A stretch of 64,000 nt of DNA from Escherichia coli (lineage in GTDB: Bacteria; Pseudomonadota; Gammaproteobacteria; Enterobacterales; Enterobacteriaceae): NCBI RefSeq assembly GCF_009931435.1, contig NZ_CP043414.1, one strand, 5' to 3'. Shown in pieces: positions 45,467-54,767 of the stretch. The stretch's first letter is position 1, and each line of letters starts with the position of its first letter. A program made the position numbers and the translations under genes. The notes below the pieces were generated by a model. It was not told the DNA's origin. It did no database searches and worked only from the letters and a program-made list of their open reading frames with translations.

Positions 45467-47403
45467 AACCCACTTTATATACTGCTACTGGTGAGTGCGT
45501 TACGCCAGGCCGTGAACTGGGCAAAGGCGGTGAAGGCGCGGTTTATGATATCAATGAGTTTGTCGATAGCGTCGCCAAGATTTATCACACGCCGCCACCC
45601 GCCTTAAAACAGGACAAACTTGCCTTTATGGCTGCGACAGCTGACGCGCAATTGTTGAATTATGTCGCCTGGCCGCAGGCAACGCTTCACGGTGGACGAG
45701 GCGGAAAAGTTATCGGTTTTATGATGCCAAAAGTTTCTGGTAAAGAACCGATTCATATGATCTATAGCCCGGCACATCGTCGTCAACGTTACCCTCATTG
45801 TGCGTGGGATTTTCTACTCTATGTTGCGCGCAATATTGCTTCATCTTTTGCTACGGTTCACGAGCACGGGCACGTCGTGGGTGACGTAAACCAGAACAGT
45901 TTTATGGTAGGTCGCGACAGCAAAGTGGTATTGATTGATAGCGACTCCTTTCAGATTAACGCTAATGGCACGTTGCATTTATGCGAAGTCGGTGTGTCGC
46001 ATTTTACGCCGCCAGAGCTACAAACCTTGTCGTCATTTGTCGGCTTTGAACGCACCGCGAATCACGATAATTTTGGCCTTGCCTTGCTGATATTTCACGT
46101 CTTGTTTGGTGGTCGGCATCCTTATTCCGGTGTACCGCTTATCTCTGAAGCGGGTAATGCACTGGAGACGGATATTGCCCATTTCCGTTATGCCTACGCG
46201 TCAGACAACCAGCTACGTGGTTTAAAACCGCCGCCACGATCGATTCCGCTGGCGATGTTACCGGGCCATGTTGAAGCCATGTTTCAGCAGGCATTCACGG
46301 AAAGTGGCGTGGCAACCGGGCGTCCGACGGCTAAAGCGTGGGTAGCGGCACTGGACTCTCTACGCCAACATTTAAAGAAATGTACCGTTTCAGCAATGCA
46401 TGTTTACCCCGCTCATTTGACTGACTGCCCGTGGTGTGCGCTGGATAATCAAGGCGTTATCTATTTTATTGATCTCGGCGAAGAGGTCATTACCACCAGC
46501 GGTGATTTTGTGCTGGCGAAATTCTGGGCGATGGTGATGGCGTCAGTAGCACCGCCAGCATTGCAATTGCCATTACCCGATCATTTCCAACCGACTGGCC
46601 GGCCGCTTCCTTTAGGCCTGTTACGGCGCGAATACATCATTCTGATTGAGATCGCACTGTCAGCGTTATCGCTGTTGCTTTGCGGCCTTCAGGCAGAACC
46701 GCGTTATATTATTTTGGTTCCTGTGCTGGCGGCTATCTGGATTATTGGCAGTCTGACAAGCAAAGCTTATAAAGCAGAAATCCAGCAACGCCGTGAGGCA
46801 TTTAATCGCGCGAAAATGGACTATGACCATTTAGTCAACCAGATCCAACAGTTGGGCGGGCTGGAAGGTTTTATCGCCAAACGGGCGATGCTCGAAAAAA
46901 TGAAAGACGAAATTCTCGGGTTACCGGAAGAAGAGAAACGCGCTCTGGCAGCACTTCACGACACCGCAAGGGAACGGCAGAAGCAGAAGTTTCTGGAGGG
47001 ATTTTTTATTGATGTTGCCTCTATTCCCGGCGTTGGCCCTGCGCGTAAAGCGGCGTTACGGTCCTTTGGTATTGAAACAGCGGCAGATGTTACCCGTCGT
47101 GGTGTTAAGCAAGTGAAAGGGTTTGGCGACCATCTGACCCAGGCAGTTATCGACTGGAAAGCAAGTTGCGAACGCCGTTTTGTGTTCAGGCCGAACGAAG
47201 CGGTAACGCCAGCAGACAGACAAGCGGTAATGGCGAAAATGACCGCCAAACGACATCGGCTGGAATCGACGTTGACTGTCGGCGCGACAGAGTTGCAGCG
47301 ATTTCGCCTTCATGCTCCAGCACGGACCATGCCGTTGATGGAACCTTTACGTCAGGCGGCAGAAAAACTGGCTCAGGCGCAGGCAGATTTAAGCCGCTGC
47401 TGA
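45463..47403 (+). CDS. yegI: Ser/Thr protein kinase-like protein with C-terminal helical/TM region
   Basis: ATG overlapping the yegK stop (ATGA); Gly-rich loop (GKGGEGAVYD), catalytic-loop-like (HGHVVGDVNQNSF), DFG-like (IDSDSF); predicted TM segment around residues 380-420. Confidence 0.88.
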   Translation: MKPTLYTATGECVTPGRELGKGGEGAVYDINEFVDSVAKIYHTPPPALKQDKLAFMAATADAQLLNYVAWPQATLHGGRGGKVIGFMMPKVSGKEPIHMIYSPAHRRQRYPHCAWDFLLYVARNIASSFATVHEHGHVVGDVNQNSFMVGRDSKVVLIDSDSFQINANGTLHLCEVGVSHFTPPELQTLSSFVGFERTANHDNFGLALLIFHVLFGGRHPYSGVPLISEAGNALETDIAHFRYAYASDNQLRGLKPPPRSIPLAMLPGHVEAMFQQAFTESGVATGRPTAKAWVAALDSLRQHLKKCTVSAMHVYPAHLTDCPWCALDNQGVIYFIDLGEEVITTSGDFVLAKFWAMVMASVAPPALQLPLPDHFQPTGRPLPLGLLRREYIILIEIALSALSLLLCGLQAEPRYIILVPVLAAIWIIGSLTSKAYKAEIQQRREAFNRAKMDYDHLVNQIQQLGGLEGFIAKRAMLEKMKDEILGLPEEEKRALAALHDTARERQKQKFLEGFFIDVASIPGVGPARKAALRSFGIETAADVTRRGVKQVKGFGDHLTQAVIDWKASCERRFVFRPNEAVTPADRQAVMAKMTAKRHRLESTLTVGATELQRFRLHAPARTMPLMEPLRQAAEKLAQAQADLSRC

Positions 47404-47414
47404 GCCATTTTCTT

Positions 47415-48767
47415 TTAACGAAATACCACTTCCGCCCAGCGTGCCAGCCCGGCGGTGACGGAGCCAAAGTCATCGCCGCCTGCAATCGGAATGCCCGGCA
47501 ACTGTTCTGCCAGCGCTTTTTTAATCAGCGGCGAACGGGCGCTACCGCCGGTCAGGTAGATGACATCCGGTTTTTCCTGGGCGTTATCCAGGGCCAGTTG
47601 CACCTGTTCCAGAATCCGCGCCAGTGGCTGGCTGAGGGCGCTTTCCAGCCCTTGCTGGCTAATCAGCGTAGCCAGTTCATTGCTGATAAACGGCAGTGAG
47701 GCGCGGGTTTCCGTTACGCTTGAAAGAGCAATTTTGCACTCTTCTGCGCTACGCACCAGGCGATAGCTTAAACGCTGACGCCAGACTTTCTGTAGCAGGG
47801 CCACTTTTTCCGGTTCGCGGGCATCGCGTACCAGATCGTTAAGCAGACGACCGTTGGCACTACTGTAGAAATCACTCTGCGCAGGTACGTCGTTGATGGC
47901 AACCGCATTCCACCACGGCAGGATCGGCAGGGCGATGCCTTTTTCGGTTTCGCCACCCATACCCAGCAGTGGCATCAGGTTTTTAAACGCCAGGGCGATA
48001 TCCAGATCGTTACCGCCAATACGACAACCACTGTGACCCAGCAGACTGGCTTCACGATCGAGACGCGAACGCCACTGCGGCCCCATCAGCAGCAATGAAC
48101 AGTCAGTCGTACCACCGCCGATATCCACCACCAGCACCCGTTTTTCTTCCTGCAAGGTGGCTTCGTAATCCAGCCCAGCCGCGACCGGCTCGTACTGGAA
48201 TACCACGTCCCTGAATCCGGCACGCTTCGCCGCGCGTTCCAGAATCCCTTGCGCCTGGGCGTTTGCTTCATCGCCGCCCAGCCCCTGGAAGTTGATCGGG
48301 CGACCAATCACCGCCTGAGTAATCGCTTCTGGCAGCTGCGCCTGCGCCTGCTGGCGAATGTGCAACATCATTGCGCAGACCAGATCCTCAAACAGCGCTA
48401 CCTGCTGCGGTTTTAAGCCGCTGGCACCGAGGAACGATTTTGGTGATTTCACAAACCACACTTCTTCTGGATCATCAATGTACTGTGCCAGTGAGGAAAG
48501 ACCGAACTGCACGCTTTTCGCCGTAACATCGATATCTTCTTCGCGGTTATAACGAATCGCCCGACGTAACAGCGCCTGCGTTTCATCGTCGTCTGCCGGA
48601 ACATCATGATGGCGGTACAGCCATTCGCTTACCGATTCACGCGTTGGCGCGCAAAGCATTGAAGGCAGCAGCGTGCTGTCGTTTTCCATTTTCAGTAATT
48701 GCGGTTTACCGTCACGCATGACCGCCACTGAACAGTTTGCTGTACCGTAATCAAAACCAATAAACAC
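47415..48767 (-). CDS. yegD: Hsp70/actin-fold ATPase (DnaK-like nucleotide-binding domain only)
   Basis: 450-aa ORF with Hsp70 signatures (IGFDYGTANCSVAV; VVDIGGGTTDCSLL); convergent with yegI, 11-nt gap. Confidence 0.9.
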   Translation of the reverse strand: MFIGFDYGTANCSVAVMRDGKPQLLKMENDSTLLPSMLCAPTRESVSEWLYRHHDVPADDDETQALLRRAIRYNREEDIDVTAKSVQFGLSSLAQYIDDPEEVWFVKSPKSFLGASGLKPQQVALFEDLVCAMMLHIRQQAQAQLPEAITQAVIGRPINFQGLGGDEANAQAQGILERAAKRAGFRDVVFQYEPVAAGLDYEATLQEEKRVLVVDIGGGTTDCSLLLMGPQWRSRLDREASLLGHSGCRIGGNDLDIALAFKNLMPLLGMGGETEKGIALPILPWWNAVAINDVPAQSDFYSSANGRLLNDLVRDAREPEKVALLQKVWRQRLSYRLVRSAEECKIALSSVTETRASLPFISNELATLISQQGLESALSQPLARILEQVQLALDNAQEKPDVIYLTGGSARSPLIKKALAEQLPGIPIAGGDDFGSVTAGLARWAEVVFR

Positions 48768-48900
48768 GAATTAATCCCCATGCCGGTGAAGAAGGGGCGT
48801 GACTTTAGCGAAATGTTGCTGTCGCGACAACCGGAATATGAAAGCAAAGCGTAGCGTCTGAATAACGTTTATGCTGAAAGCGGATGAATAAGGAGATGCG

Positions 48901-49758
48901 ATGTATACCCTGAACTGGCAGCCGCCGTATGACTGGTCGTGGATGTTGGGATTTCTCGCCGCCCGTGCAGTGAGTGGTGTGGAAACGGTCGCGGACAGTT
49001 ATTATGCCCGTAGTCTGGCGGTGGGCGAATATCGCGGCGTGGTGACTGCTATTCCGGATATAGCCCGCCATACTCTGCACATAAATTTAAGTGCAGGTTT
49101 AGAACCCGTTGCCGCTGAGTGTCTGGCGAAAATGAGCCGCCTGTTTGATCTGCAATGTAACCCGCAGATTGTTAACGGTGCGTTGGGCAAGTTAGGCGCG
49201 GCGCGGCCCGGATTGCGTTTACCCGGCTGTATTGATGCTTTTGAGCAGGGTGTGCGGGCGATTTTAGGCCAACTGGTGAGCGTGGCGATGGCGGCAAAAT
49301 TGACTGCCAAAGTTGTACAGCTTTATGGCGAACGGCTGGATGATTTTCCGGAGTATATCTGCTTCCCCACGCCTCAGCGGCTGGCAGCAGCCGACCCGCA
49401 GGCATTAAAAGCGTTAGGCATGCCGTTGAAACGGGCAGAGGCACTGATTCATCTGGCAAATGCGGCGCTGGAGGGCAGCTTACCAATGACAATTCCGGGC
49501 GATGTGGAGCAGGCGATGAAAACGCTGCAAACTTTTCCGGGTATCGGGCGCTGGACGGCGAATTATTTCGCTTTGCGTGGCTGGCAGGCGAAAGATGTTT
49601 TTCTGCCGGATGATTATCTGATTAAACAGCGATTTCCGGGGATGACACCGGCACAAATCCGCCGTTATGCCGAGCGCTGGAAGCCCTGGCGTTCTTATGC
49701 GCTGTTGCATATCTGGTATACGGAAGGCTGGCAACCAGACGGAACGGACGAATTGTAG
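48901..49758 (+). CDS. alkA: DNA-3-methyladenine glycosylase II
   Basis: 285-aa ORF MYTLNWQPPYDWSWMLGFLAARAVSGVE with helix-hairpin-helix region (FPGIGRWTANYFALRG). Confidence 0.95.
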   Translation: MYTLNWQPPYDWSWMLGFLAARAVSGVETVADSYYARSLAVGEYRGVVTAIPDIARHTLHINLSAGLEPVAAECLAKMSRLFDLQCNPQIVNGALGKLGAARPGLRLPGCIDAFEQGVRAILGQLVSVAMAAKLTAKVVQLYGERLDDFPEYICFPTPQRLAAADPQALKALGMPLKRAEALIHLANAALEGSLPMTIPGDVEQAMKTLQTFPGIGRWTANYFALRGWQAKDVFLPDDYLIKQRFPGMTPAQIRRYAERWKPWRSYALLHIWYTEGWQPDGTDEL

Positions 49759-49779
49759 GCCTGATGCGTCGCATCAGGC
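49759..49779. repeat. REP-like palindrome between convergent alkA and dgcE
   Basis: Perfect inverted repeat gcctgatgcg-t-cgcatcaggc directly after the alkA stop. Confidence 0.5.
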
Positions 49780-49796
49780 AATGGGCAAACGCTCCC

Positions 49797-52700
49797 TCAG
49801 TTAATCGCGAAATAACTGCTATTCACCAGCAAATCCAGCGGTTGGGCATCGGCAATCACATCACCATAAATCAGATCGACGCCGATGCCAGAAAGCGTAT
49901 CCATCACTAAGGGTAAAACGACTGGCCCGGCGATGGTTTTCATCCCGAGTCGCTGAGCGTGCCCCTGAATAATCGTAATCAGCATCTCATCCATCAAATT
50001 ACCCTGCACGTTGGCGCATAACTCACCATCAAGTAGCAGGTAATCTGCCATATTCGCTTTCAGCGAGTTGAAGATTTGCAGATCGCGGCCCACCTGGCTG
50101 AGCACTATCCGACATCCCGCCAGCCGCAGTTTTTGCACGCTTTCTGCGTGATCTAAAATCGCGTCTGCCGGAATAATCAGATGTAATAACCGTGGTGGTA
50201 GAGGGCTATTTTCCAGCTGCTCAAGCAGATCATTCACCAGCGTGGCGCTACTCAAACCGGCAACGGAAAGGGGGAGGGCGATGCTTATGCCTTTACTGGC
50301 AACCGCTTTTGCGGCCAGCTGGAAAAATTCGTGGAATACCCGTCGGTCAAGAGCATGGCTAAGTGCCGGATCGCTGAAGCTACGACGAAATTTTTGTTCA
50401 TCAATAATCTCGCCTTCGCAACTCCAGAGTTTAAGCGAAATCAGCCACAAATTACGCGCTTCCGGGATCCGCGGCGAAGCGACACCGTGGGCCATCATCA
50501 TCAACTGATTCTCTTTAATCATCCGCCACTGTTCATCAAGCGACATCGCCGCCCGTTCGCTATGTGCGGCAGCTTGCTGTGGTTCGTAAACCGTCACCCG
50601 GCCACGGCCACCATTTTTGGAGGCATAACAGGCGATATCAGCCTGCGACATCACTTCAGCCGCCTGATGATTGTTGTCATCAATCAAGGTAATCCCGGCA
50701 CTGGCACCTACCCGATGTACACGTCCTTCCCAGATAAAGTGATAGTCATTCACAGCACTGATAATACGTGTAGCGATAAAACGAGCGCTTTCGACATTGC
50801 AGTCTGGCAGCAGCAGACCAAATTCATCACCGCCGAGCCGCGCCAGCACGTCGCTGGAGCGCAGCATGCTCAGCATCAACGACGCCAGTTCGCGCAGTAA
50901 AGCGTCGCCAGCGGCGTGCCCGGCGCTGTCATTCACCGCTTTAAAGCGATCAAGATCGATAAACACCAGGGCATGTCGCTGATGTGTACTGTTTACCGTT
51001 TGCAGCAGGATACGCAGTTGCTTCTCAAAACTGGCGCGATTGGCGAGATGCGTTAGTGCATCATGGGAGGCGCTGTAGCTCAGCTGGCGTAGCATTTTGC
51101 GTGATTCGGTGACGTCCTGAATCACCAGAACCGAACCAATATTGCTGCCGTCCAGAGTACTTAACGGCGTAATACTGTAATGCACGTCGTAGCTGCCGCC
51201 GCTCCGGCAGTGCAACACCACATCTTGTTCAATCGCGGAACGTGAGGTGTCGGCACTGTAAATGTTCTCCATCAGGGGACCATTGTCGCCAAAGGTAATA
51301 TGCAACACCGTCAGGAGCGGAACACCTAATGCTTCTTCCTGCGTCCAGCCGCTCATCTTCTCCGCCACTGGATTCATAAAGGTAATTTTCATTGCCATAT
51401 CAATACAGACCACGGCTTCGCCGATGGAGTCCAGCGTTATGTGCAGGCGCTCTTTTTCCTGAAACAATGCCTCGTTAAGCTGTTTAACCTCAGTCATATC
51501 CATATTAATGCCGAGCAGGCGTTCGACTTCGCCTTCTTTATTCAGTACCCGGTTGGCGAGGGCGCGGATATGGCGAATACCGTCTTTTACGGTAATGCGA
51601 AATTCCAGTTTAAAGGGCGAGCGTGATTGCAACGAATCACGAATCACTTTTTCGGCATGCTGGCGATCTTCCGGCAGCACGCACTCGTACCACACCTGCC
51701 AGTTCGGTTTGATATGTGGAGGAATTTCATACAGCTCGAACATCCGCTTATCCCAGCTAAAAATATTCGGCTTCAACTCCCACTCCCAGATGCCAATCCC
51801 GCCCGCTTCGTTAGCCAGCGTGATGCGCTCCATCAGTTGCTGATTCACCTGTTCGGTGCGTTTTAGCTCGTTAATGTCTTCAATCTGAGCGATAAAATAG
51901 AGCGGCGTGCCATCCGTGTGGCGCACCAGTGAGACGGCAAGCAACGCCCAGACAACATCGCCATTGCGGTTGTAGTAGCGTTTTTCCATTGAATAGGTGT
52001 TTATTTCACCGCTTATCAGCTTTTCAACCTGTTGGAGATCTTTATTGAGATCCTCCGGCCAGGTCAGTTGCTGAAAGGTGAGTCCGCGCAGCTCTTCCTG
52101 ACTGTACCCGAGAAACTGGCAGAGCGCTTTGTTGGTTTGCAGCCATTGTCCCTCGGTGCCCACTAACGCCATACCGATAGCGGAATATTCCATGGCGTTC
52201 CGAAAACGGGTTTCGCTTTCGGAAATGTGTTTGCGTTCCGCACGAAAGGCATACATCACCATCGTCATGATGTTGGCGGGCAGCAGGATCAGCAAAAACG
52301 GTAGCCACGGCATATGGCTCATCAGGTATGTACGCGGCGTAGCAAGCAGGGAGGGATCCGCGGCCATCATCAGCGACACCATCATCACCGTGGTAAGGAA
52401 GATCAAAAAGGCTTCCATTCGTGGCAGGCGCACGGCGCTCCACATCAACAGCACAATAATGAAAGTAAAAGGCCACGGCAGATACAGCATCGAAAGCCAG
52501 CTTAACGTCAGTGTGATGGCTAACGTGAGCAGCGACTCAAAAAGCAACCGTGGGTTGCGATGGCGCAGCAGATAGTGTGGTTTAAATAACAATCCCAGCG
52601 GCACCAGTGCCAGAGCGCCGATGGATTCTGACAGTACCCATATCAAAAATGCCCTGAGAGGATCGTCTCCGGCCGTCAGCAGGACAACCAGACCCCCCCC

Positions 52701-53114
52701 CAACAGAGGCGGAACAATGGCGCTGCCGAGTGCCAGACGCAGCCAGTCAGCCAGATTTTGCAAGGGGTTATACCACGGCAGCAATTTACGTAGCAGCACT
52801 GCCCCGACCACGGCTTCAACAATATTGATGGTCGTCCAGGTCATGTTCAGCGAGCTGGTGGAAAAAAGCAGGATGGATGCGGCGATATTTCCCAGCGAGC
52901 AGCTCAGCGCAATTCCCGGCCACATGCGCCCGGCATGGCGATAAAACGCCACCATCATGATGGACGTCGGGAACCACAGTGGGGCGAGTTGGGTGCCAAA
53001 CTGCGAAAGCTCAAGCGAGAAAAGGGTAAAGATAAACGAGACTAAACCTAAACTGACCAGGTGAAGCAGCGGGTGGGGCAGGGCAATTAATACATGCTGT
53101 GATTGTTTGCTCAT
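49797..53114 (-). CDS. dgcE: Diguanylate cyclase/phosphodiesterase with MASE1, PAS, GGDEF and EAL domains
   Basis: 1105-aa ORF; membrane N-terminus, PAS-like regions, GGDEF motif (RLGGDEFGLLL), EAL-type C-terminus. Confidence 0.95.
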   Translation of the reverse strand: MSKQSQHVLIALPHPLLHLVSLGLVSFIFTLFSLELSQFGTQLAPLWFPTSIMMVAFYRHAGRMWPGIALSCSLGNIAASILLFSTSSLNMTWTTINIVEAVVGAVLLRKLLPWYNPLQNLADWLRLALGSAIVPPLLGGGLVVLLTAGDDPLRAFLIWVLSESIGALALVPLGLLFKPHYLLRHRNPRLLFESLLTLAITLTLSWLSMLYLPWPFTFIIVLLMWSAVRLPRMEAFLIFLTTVMMVSLMMAADPSLLATPRTYLMSHMPWLPFLLILLPANIMTMVMYAFRAERKHISESETRFRNAMEYSAIGMALVGTEGQWLQTNKALCQFLGYSQEELRGLTFQQLTWPEDLNKDLQQVEKLISGEINTYSMEKRYYNRNGDVVWALLAVSLVRHTDGTPLYFIAQIEDINELKRTEQVNQQLMERITLANEAGGIGIWEWELKPNIFSWDKRMFELYEIPPHIKPNWQVWYECVLPEDRQHAEKVIRDSLQSRSPFKLEFRITVKDGIRHIRALANRVLNKEGEVERLLGINMDMTEVKQLNEALFQEKERLHITLDSIGEAVVCIDMAMKITFMNPVAEKMSGWTQEEALGVPLLTVLHITFGDNGPLMENIYSADTSRSAIEQDVVLHCRSGGSYDVHYSITPLSTLDGSNIGSVLVIQDVTESRKMLRQLSYSASHDALTHLANRASFEKQLRILLQTVNSTHQRHALVFIDLDRFKAVNDSAGHAAGDALLRELASLMLSMLRSSDVLARLGGDEFGLLLPDCNVESARFIATRIISAVNDYHFIWEGRVHRVGASAGITLIDDNNHQAAEVMSQADIACYASKNGGRGRVTVYEPQQAAAHSERAAMSLDEQWRMIKENQLMMMAHGVASPRIPEARNLWLISLKLWSCEGEIIDEQKFRRSFSDPALSHALDRRVFHEFFQLAAKAVASKGISIALPLSVAGLSSATLVNDLLEQLENSPLPPRLLHLIIPADAILDHAESVQKLRLAGCRIVLSQVGRDLQIFNSLKANMADYLLLDGELCANVQGNLMDEMLITIIQGHAQRLGMKTIAGPVVLPLVMDTLSGIGVDLIYGDVIADAQPLDLLVNSSYFAIN

Positions 53115-53431
53115 TACCGCTTTATCCGCAAGACCAGGTCGCCAGTATTCGTTTCTGTGTTTATGCTAGTACAAAAGTTTTACATTTTATATGCGAATTG
53201 CTCATAAAGTGACGTAAAGGCGGATAATTTGCGCAACTGCGTATAACATTTTTTACCTTGTATAAAACTGATCAACGTAATTTGCCACCGGGAATTCTTC
53301 GTCAACAATTAACTCTGAGCGCGCGGCAGCGCTATTCGACTGGTATCAGGCGGATGAAATCCCTATAATTGCCGCGTTTGGCGCTTCGTCGCCCCCTTCC
53401 TAACATCCAGGTTAATCAGGTCGCTAAATAT

Positions 53432-54073
53432 ATGACTGATCAGTCTCATCAGTGCGTCATTATCGGTATCGCTGGCGCATCGGCTTCCGGCAAGAGTCTT
53501 ATTGCCAGTACCCTTTATCGTGAATTACGTGAGCAAGTCGGTGATGAACACATCGGCGTAATTCCCGAAGACTGCTATTACAAAGATCAAAGCCATCTGT
53601 CGATGGAAGAACGCGTTAAGACCAACTACGACCATCCCAGCGCGATGGATCACAGCCTGTTGCTTGAGCATTTACAAGCGTTGAAACGCGGCTCGGCAAT
53701 TGACCTGCCGGTTTACAGCTATGTTGAACATACGCGTATGAAAGAAACGGTGACGGTTGAGCCGAAGAAGGTCATCATTCTCGAAGGCATTTTGTTGCTG
53801 ACGGATGCGCGTTTGCGTGACGAACTTAACTTCTCCATTTTCGTTGATACCCCGCTGGATATCTGCCTGATGCGCCGCATCAAGCGTGACGTTAACGAGC
53901 GTGGGCGTTCAATGGATTCCGTGATGGCGCAATATCAAAAAACCGTGCGCCCGATGTTCCTGCAATTCATTGAGCCTTCTAAACAATATGCGGACATTAT
54001 CGTGCCGCGCGGCGGGAAAAACCGCATCGCGATCGATATATTGAAAGCGAAAATAAGTCAGTTCTTTGAATAA
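53432..54073 (+). CDS. udk: Uridine/cytidine kinase
   Basis: Internal ATG gives [22 protein letters not shown] (P-loop), 213 aa; track ORF has a 21-codon extension. Confidence 0.95.
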
Positions 54074-54164
54074 GCTTGATAAATTGTGTACCGTTCAGTG
54101 ATAACCTGGTATGCCCTTGACGTAATTGGCGTTAAGGGAGTGATGCGCGAAAGGAGAAAATGCC

Positions 54165-54746
54165 ATGCGTCTGTGTGACCGAGATATTGAAGCCTGGCTT
54201 GATGAAGGCCGTTTGTCGATCAACCCACGTCCGCCAGTGGAGCGTATTAACGGCGCGACGGTGGATGTACGCCTGGGCAATAAATTTCGTACCTTCCGTG
54301 GTCACACGGCAGCGTTTATCGATCTGAGCGGTCCCAAAGATGAAGTGAGCGCCGCGCTTGACCGCGTGATGAGCGATGAGATCGTTCTCGACGAGGGCGA
54401 GGCGTTCTATCTTCACCCAGGAGAGCTGGCGCTGGCGGTGACGCTGGAGTCGGTGACGCTGCCAGCCGATCTGGTGGGCTGGCTGGACGGGCGTTCCTCT
54501 TTGGCGCGTCTGGGGCTGATGGTGCACGTCACCGCGCACCGTATCGATCCGGGCTGGTCTGGTTGCATTGTGCTGGAGTTCTACAACTCCGGTAAGCTGC
54601 CGCTGGCGCTGCGTCCGGGCATGTTAATTGGTGCGCTGAGCTTTGAGCCGCTTTCCGGCCCGGCGGCGCGACCTTACAACCGCCGTGAAGATGCGAAATA
54701 TCGCAACCAGCAGGGCGCGGTAGCCAGCCGAATCGATAAAGACTAA
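54165..54746 (+). CDS. dcd: dCTP deaminase
   Basis: 193-aa [26 protein letters not shown]. Confidence 0.95.
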
Positions 54747-54767
54747 TTCAGGCCCATTGAGGATACC

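Noticed and set aside
44049-47403. Looked for a separate yegJ gene between yegI, yegK and yegL as I vaguely recall from the K-12 gene list
   Set aside because: There is no intergenic space: the three ORFs overlap at their stop/start codons, and no additional convincing ORF on either strand exists in this interval; either my recollection of gene order is wrong or yegJ lies elsewhere.
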